Origin: Carcharhinus amblyrhynchos
Taxonomy: Eukaryota
Length of the DNA: 64,000 bases
Assembly: GCA_965287045.1 (NCBI GenBank)
Contig: OZ336881.1
Span: 52,514,001-52,578,000 of the forward strand
Direction: 5' to 3'
Shown piece by piece: positions 61,340 to 64,000 of this stretch (the stretch's first letter is position 1; each line of letters opens with the position of its first letter). Made by a program: the position numbers and the translations under genes. Under the pieces are notes generated by a model. The model saw only the letters and a list, made by a program, of their open reading frames with translations, was not told where the DNA came from and did not search any database.

Positions 61340-62470
61340 AAATAAAAGCAAAATGCTGCAGATGCTGTAAATCTGAAATAAAAGGAAAATGCTAGAAAGA
61401 CCCAGCAGGTCTGGCAGCGTCTGTGAAGAGGGAAGCAGAGCTAGCATTTAGAGTCCATGGCTGATATTTTATGACCTCGCTCAGGTGAGGCTTGTGAAGT
61501 CCTGCCCGAGGACAACGGAGAATTCCGTTCTGTGAGCCACTCCCGGCCCAGAATCGGCCCATATAACTCTTTTTCAGAGCTGAAAGGGACGTGATGGATT
61601 ATATAGTTGGAGACGAAGGTGGAGAAAGTGGAGCAGAATACAAGGTCAGGGTAGATAGGGGTTCAAGAGGGATTTAAAAAGATGTCATGGATGGAAGACA
61701 AAGGAATCTTATTGATAGTGTTAAAGACTAAAATTGGTGTTAATAATAGCATAAAGATAAGGAAACAGAATATGTTAATAGTAGGACATGGCTCAGCACT
61801 CTGTGAAAGCAAAATTATGTTACAGATGTCCCTGTGGGGGAGGGGTTTGAGGGAAAAATCAAAATGGAGGAGAGGCTTCATTGTCTGAAGTTGTTCAACT
61901 CAGTGTTAAAGTCTGTAAAATGCCTAATCGGAAGACTAGGTTCTATTCCTCCAGTTTATGTTAGGCTTTACTGGAATATCACAGTAGGCCAAGAAGGGAA
62001 ATGTGGCCATGAGAGCAAGATGGTGAGATAAAATGGCAAGCAACAAGAAGGTCGGGGTTATGCTTGCGGACTGAGCAAAGACTTTTATCCCCCATGCCCC
62101 TCCGCCAAGTGGCAGCAGTGACTTATTTTTGTTTCACAGGGTGCTGATCTTTTTTCTCCTAATAACACATTCTGTTAATTCATCTTTATGCCACTATTAG
62201 CTCCTTCTTCAGTCTTTAACACCGCCATTAACACTCCCTTCATCTCGAATCCATGACAGCTTGGTCAATCTCTCCTGAGCTCTCATCTGTCTGTGACCTT
62301 TTATTCTACTCCACATTCTCCACCCCCTCTCAAACTATAATACCTTACCTCATTTCTGCCGCTCTTCAATTCTGAAGAAAAGTCATAAGGACTCGAAACT
62401 TTAACTCTGTTTCTTTCTCTGCAGGTGCTGCCAGAGTTTGAGTCTTTCCAGCATTTTCTGTTTTATTTCA
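61340..62470. mobile_element. Penelope-like element 3' remnant with GIY-YIG C-terminus and inverted terminal repeats
   Basis: Minus 61880-62070 RKHNPDLLVACHFISPSCSH...LLGLL...HKLEE*NLVFRLG...NNFR; termini at 61340-61600 (-) and 62080-62470 (+); small MITE inserted near 61459-61560. Confidence 0.75.
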
Positions 62471-62632
62471 AAAATGTTTACATCCTTTGAAGAGATGCTG
62501 ATCTTTGATTGAGTAACGGCCTACATTGAGCATTTAGTTGTCAAAACATTCAACATCTCAGGAAAAACATTTTCTTTTTTAACTGAAATAGGAACAGCAA
62601 GGTTATAAAGTGATAAACAAATCACGTGTTAC

Positions 62633-62713
62633 CTCCTTCTTTAGTGCGTCCTCGCTCCCAAGGACTAAACACCGACCCTTCTTGATTTGATGCAATGACT
62701 CTGTATAAATATT
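62633..62713 (-). CDS. USH2A: Usherin exon (human exon 29 equivalent), 81 bp
   Basis: tctgaag|AATATTTA...GAAGGAG|gtaaca; encodes (E)YLYRVIASNQEGSVFSPWERGRTKEG, like human EYLYRVIASHEGGSVYSDWSRGRTTGA; 95-bp intron upstream; not in the ORF track. Confidence 0.95.
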
Positions 62714-62808
62714 CTTCAGAAGGTAAACAAGAATAACATGTTTAATGTCACCTGGTGAAAGTAAATGCTGAAAAATCTTATAGGAAAAGTTTTAGTAAAA
62801 TGTTTTAC

Positions 62809-63012
62809 CTGTAAATGGATGCAAACCACCATCGTATACAGTGTGTTCCTTGCCGGTGTACACAACAATGGAATTCTTTCCTTCACAGTTACCAGTACCG
62901 TCCAGTGGTAAGCATCCATCCAGATTTACTCTGACAGCATTAGTGGAGGCAGTCACCAAGTTTACGATAGCACCTTTCGTAAATGTAAGATCTTTTATGC
63001 ACCCACCGAAAC
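62809..63012 (-). CDS. USH2A: Usherin exon (human exon 28 equivalent), 204 bp, end of laminin G domain 2 and start of FN3
   Basis: ccag|GTTTCGGT...TTTACAG|gtaaaa; encodes GFGGCIKDLTFTKGAIVNLVTASTNAVRVNLDGCLPLDGTGNCEGKNSIVVYTGKEHTVYDGGLHPFT, like human GFGGCMKDVKFTRGAVVNL...GGLQPFT; phase 1-1. Confidence 0.96.
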
Positions 63013-63609
63013 CTGGTAAATAATGAGTCATAAACAGGGAAACCGTATCCATGATTTCTACCTTAACCAGAGTTCTTCAGCCTCTTTTCTTTCAATGTAT
63101 CAGATATATATCCAAAAGAAAAGCCATTATTGTTCAACTTAGAGAAAAAAAGTAACATTGCTGTAATCATCCTTGGCAGCAAGTAAGAAACAAAGTTCAC
63201 ACTTATCAATTTTGCATTGCCTGGTTTGTTTAGAGGGACAAATGTAGTGAAACATTGGTGAAATATAAAAAAAATTCAGAGGTAGCTGGTGGCCTAAAAA
63301 AGCAAAGGGGAAAATATAACACACGTGTGCACCAAAACATTGGCGGAATCATTTTTTAACTGCTCCCCAATTATTAATTCTTCCAAAGTAAGTTTTGATT
63401 TACAAAATGTTTTTCAAGATACAACATGAATTTGAAACCATGAAGATTCAATGCATATGTAATATATTTAAGTGTATTTATAACCAATATAGTAAAAAAA
63501 ATTCTAATTTTATAAAGAATACGACCAATGTAAACAAAGAGAATGAAGACGGAAGTGAACACATTTAGCTCTGTATCAGAATTTGAGTGCAGCAATCCCA
63601 GCAATGCTG

Positions 63610-63800
63610 TCATTTGGGAGCAAGATTAAACGCTTGGCCCTATCAGATGTAGGTGAAAGATCCCATGACATTATTTGAAGAAAGGCAGGGATTGTGTTCA
63701 ATGTTCTGGCCAATGTGCAATCTTTAAGCAAAAAATAAGTTTACTGGTTATTTTTCTTATTTAGTATCTGTGTAAATCTGCCTAAACTATAATAATGAAT
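63610..63800 (+). mobile_element. Decayed DeuSINE fragment
   Basis: aggtgaaagatcccatgacattatttgaagaaaggcaggga...gttctggccaat Deu-domain signature. Confidence 0.65.
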
Positions 63801-64000
63801 TGGAAAAGAGGCCATAATGAGAATATGAAAGTCACCACACAAAGTTCTTTCTCGTTTGAGGTTTCCTGTGTTAAGTGGATCACTTCTTCCTATCAGCCAC
63901 TATTTTTATTGGATTTGACAGGTGGTTTTACTGCTGGATGTCCTTCTTTTCACTAACGTTCCCCCACTTATCCAGGCTGGAAACTGGCACCAATACATGC

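Larger units (their letters stand above)
1..64000 (-). other. USH2A: Internal part of the usherin gene (intron 27 to intron 34, human numbering); gene extends beyond both window ends
   Basis: Seven ordered minus-strand exons splice into one open frame matching recalled vertebrate usherin sequence (LamG2 end plus FN3 repeats). Six of seven exon sizes equal the recalled human sizes. Confidence 0.96.

Overview
Vertebrate intronic DNA from a shark-like cartilaginous fish (inferred from HE1-type V-SINEs, HER1/CR1 LINEs and DeuSINEs). The whole window lies inside USH2A (usherin), transcribed on the minus strand. Seven coding exons were read directly with canonical AG/GT splice sites and a continuous frame. 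They correspond to human exons 28-34 (end of laminin G domain 2 plus fibronectin type III repeats); this numbering rests on recalled human sequence and exon sizes. The rest is intron filled with transposon remnants: CR1, L2 and Rex LINE pieces, HE1 and Deu SINEs, decayed PIF/Harbinger elements with Myb/SANT and HARBI1-type genes, MITEs, two solo LTRs, a Gypsy gag remnant and Penelope-like termini. The most notable signal is a family of minimal type I hammerhead ribozyme motifs in Penelope-derived repeats, including a TSD-flanked head-to-head palindrome (43493-43697) and a tandem-plus-inverted trimer (60261-60589). Other points are a U2 snRNA-headed repeat, a Trp-to-Cys change at a core FN3 position, and a templated 69-bp insertion inside a dead transposase. 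I found no evidence of a new protein-coding system. Repeat boundaries are approximate unless a TSD is quoted.
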